Source of the DNA: an uncultured delta proteobacterium
GTDB taxonomy: Bacteria > Desulfobacterota > WTBG01
Assembly (NCBI GenBank): GCA_963752035.1
Contig: CAVVWZ010000031.1
Coordinates: 3,115 to 67,114 of the forward strand
Reading direction: 5' to 3'
DNA: 64,000 bases
The notes beneath the pieces were generated by a model that made no database searches, was not told the DNA's origin, and saw nothing but the letters and a program-made list of their open reading frames with translations. The translations under genes and the position numbers were made by a program. Below are positions 62,077 to 64,000 of the stretch, one piece after another. How positions within the stretch are numbered: position 1 is the first letter of the stretch; every line of letters begins with the position of its first letter.

Positions 62077-63849
62077 ATGGACTGTAAAAAGATCGTCAGG
62101 TATTTTACTTTGTTCTTGCTCTTTGTCTGTATTTCATGGCCTACTTCCTGCGGGGTGGTACAGGAAAAGATCGGGGTTATCTTCGTGGTTCACGGCGGTA
62201 TGAGTGAGTACAATGATCAGTACCTCTGGGATGCGGGGTTACAGCAATTTTCCTTTGATCCCAACCATTCGGTTTACAAGCTTGCCATTTGGAATCCTGC
62301 CCAGTGGCAGATTAGTAATGCAGGTGGAGTCTTCAGTAAAATTTCAGAGGAAATATTTATTTGAATATCCTCGGCTCAACGATTGGGACCCCTTTCACGA
62401 TGTAACCGATCTCCAGTTTGAAGATTTGAAGACCGCGTTGGACGAGATAGGGGATGCTGAAGGGCTCACCTTTGAATACGATTGGGCAGCCTGGATGTGC
62501 GGTGAGTGTCCCGCCAATTATCCCTATCCCCGCTTTATCTATTATGGCCCTGATGGCCTTGCTGATCCGGAAGGAGACTATCCTGACGTCACCTACTGCG
62601 GTGAAGATGAGCCGGGTGGTGCCTGGTCTGGCTGTGATCCTGACCGTTATGACGTAGACGGTCCTGCGGAGCGGTTGCTTAAGAAAGGGGTTTCCCGTAT
62701 CATCATGGTTGATTTAACCGTTGGTGGGGTGCGCTTTGGAAAGACCTATGATGTTGTGCAAATGACCAAGCGGGTTATCGATGACTGGAACGAAGAAAAT
62801 GGAACAGACTTTCCCTATCCACTCTGGGTAAATGACTACACCAACCTGATGGAGAGATCCTTTCCCACCCTGCCTCCGGCTGGACCAGAAGTGTAGGACT
62901 TCCTGAAGAAGATCAGGAGGTTCCCCTTGATGGAAGCCCTAACCCCATTTCGGAAGACCCACTGTTAGCTACCCTGCAGGTAGAGGCGATTGAAGTATCT
63001 CTCTCCGATACTGTTTCAGATGCAGAAACGGGGATTATTCTGTTAAACCATGCCCTGCATGACAACAACGAGTGCTTTGATCCCAAGATTGATGACACCC
63101 TTATCCTTAATAATAATATTAAGGCCCAGCTCTTAGCGGATCACCCGGATATGGTGGCGGAAAACATTATCGGGGCCTACATGGGCATTAAAGAAGAAAA
63201 TCCCGCCAACGGCCTGGTCGAACGGACCCGGGATATGCGTGGTGAAGCGCTGGGCTCTGCCTGGCTTTATGAGAGTGACAAAGAACTTCCCGGAGATGAG
63301 TGGGGCTACCGTTACTGGGACGCCCTGGAGTATTTGAAAAACCGGGGTGTGAAGCATATTGTGATAGGCTTCCCCCAGATCGTTGCCGACTCAGTGTTGA
63401 ACCTGATTGAGTTTCCCAACCAGATTGGAAAGGAGATCGGGTATAAGACCTGGGCCCAGTGGGAAACTCAGGACCTGACAACCTATCCCGGAGTAGGGCA
63501 TCCCTTTACCGATTACTGGGGTAACTGGGTAGATACCGAATGTGATGGAGAAGCCTGTTGTTTTACCATGGGTGGTTGTGGTGTTCCCGGAGATTATCCC
63601 CCGGCACGACAGGCTCCCCTCGACAAGAAACGGGATGACATGGATCCTTCCCTGGCCTATGAGGTGAGTGAGTATGGTCATCTGGGTTATGATGCAGCCC
63701 TTGGTGCCCCCGATCCTGATAGCCCGGTACAGGATCAGTACACCGGTACCTGGGCAATGTACCGGCCCCCCAATGACGATCCGCGGATAGCCGGGTTAAT
63801 GGCAAACCACCTACTAAAAGCTGCCCTTGGGGAGTATGATACTGAATGA
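62077..63849 (+). CDS. Exported (possibly lipoprotein) two-lobed class II chelatase-like (CbiX/ferrochelatase-like) protein, frame broken near 62320 and 62875
   Basis: ATG 62077 follows a GGAGGA Shine-Dalgarno. The signal peptide ends in SCG. Lobe 1 has IGVIFVVHGG. Lobe 2 has TGIILLNHALHD and HIVIGFPQIVADSVLNLIE. Three ORF pieces (62059-62364, 62204-62896, 63151-63849 plus its open upstream frame) join into about 590 aa. The functional call is tentative. Confidence 0.35.
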
Positions 63850-63923
63850 CCTTTATCAAAATGTGGTTTTGCAGTCAGAATTGAGGGCGTAACGATTTAA
63901 CTTACTATTGGAGGAGCTTTCCT

Positions 63924-64000
63924 ATGGCAAAGGTTGCATGGAATGACATGGTTCAGTTTGAGAAGGTGCTTTTAGAAGACTACAAACTTTTCGAGGGGCT
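63924..64000 (+). CDS. Start of an unidentified gene that runs off the window (MAKVAWNDMVQFEKVLLEDYKLFEG)
   Basis: ATG follows a GGAGGAG Shine-Dalgarno. Only 25 codons are visible. Confidence 0.3.
   Translation, partial: MAKVAWNDMVQFEKVLLEDYKLFEG

Overview
The window is chromosomal DNA from a Gram-negative anaerobe. The lineage cannot be fixed from this sequence. A tungsten-type AOR, PFOR-like Fe-S proteins, an NtrC-type regulator and OtsA would fit a Desulfobacterota- or Nitrospirota-like organism, but that is inference only.

- **1-21 kb:** a CaCA antiporter and an MBL hydrolase, followed by a complete co-directional dcw cluster: mraZ-rsmH-ftsL-ftsI-murE-murF-[stand-alone response regulator]-mraY-murD-ftsW-murG-murC-murB-ddl-ftsQ-ftsA-ftsZ. 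A sigma70-like promoter and three 10-bp-phased TGGGA-type MraZ boxes lie upstream.
- **21-46.5 kb:** mixed housekeeping genes. These are a radical SAM protein, a degenerate NtrC-like protein, MgtC, a YhaM-like nuclease, an SMR-like plus UbiA-family pair, uvrA, AOR, a flavin reductase, a C45 hydrolase, TlpA, a secreted CAP-domain protein, a methyltransferase, tex, a dgt-like gene, CIRCE-groESL and ssb.
- **46.5-53.3 kb:** a decayed accessory islet. Two paralogous secreted propeller/Ca-binding-repeat genes share leader, signal peptide, C-terminal module and terminator. Both are riddled with frame breaks. They flank an IS110-family element with a hairpin-rich non-coding 5' end, and a vapBC relic follows.
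- **53.3-64 kb:** otsA and a CBS protein, then a tight 7-gene redox operon. It encodes a ferredoxin, a PorD-like protein, a PorB-like protein without a TPP motif, NuoE-like, NuoF-like and NuoG-N-terminal-like proteins, and a FixC/GGR-family flavoprotein. An exported two-lobed chelatase-like protein follows. This operon is my best candidate for an undescribed system.

Single-base frame breaks recur in conserved and even essential genes, several at homopolymers, so assembly error must be considered throughout. No rRNA, tRNA or CRISPR array was recognised.
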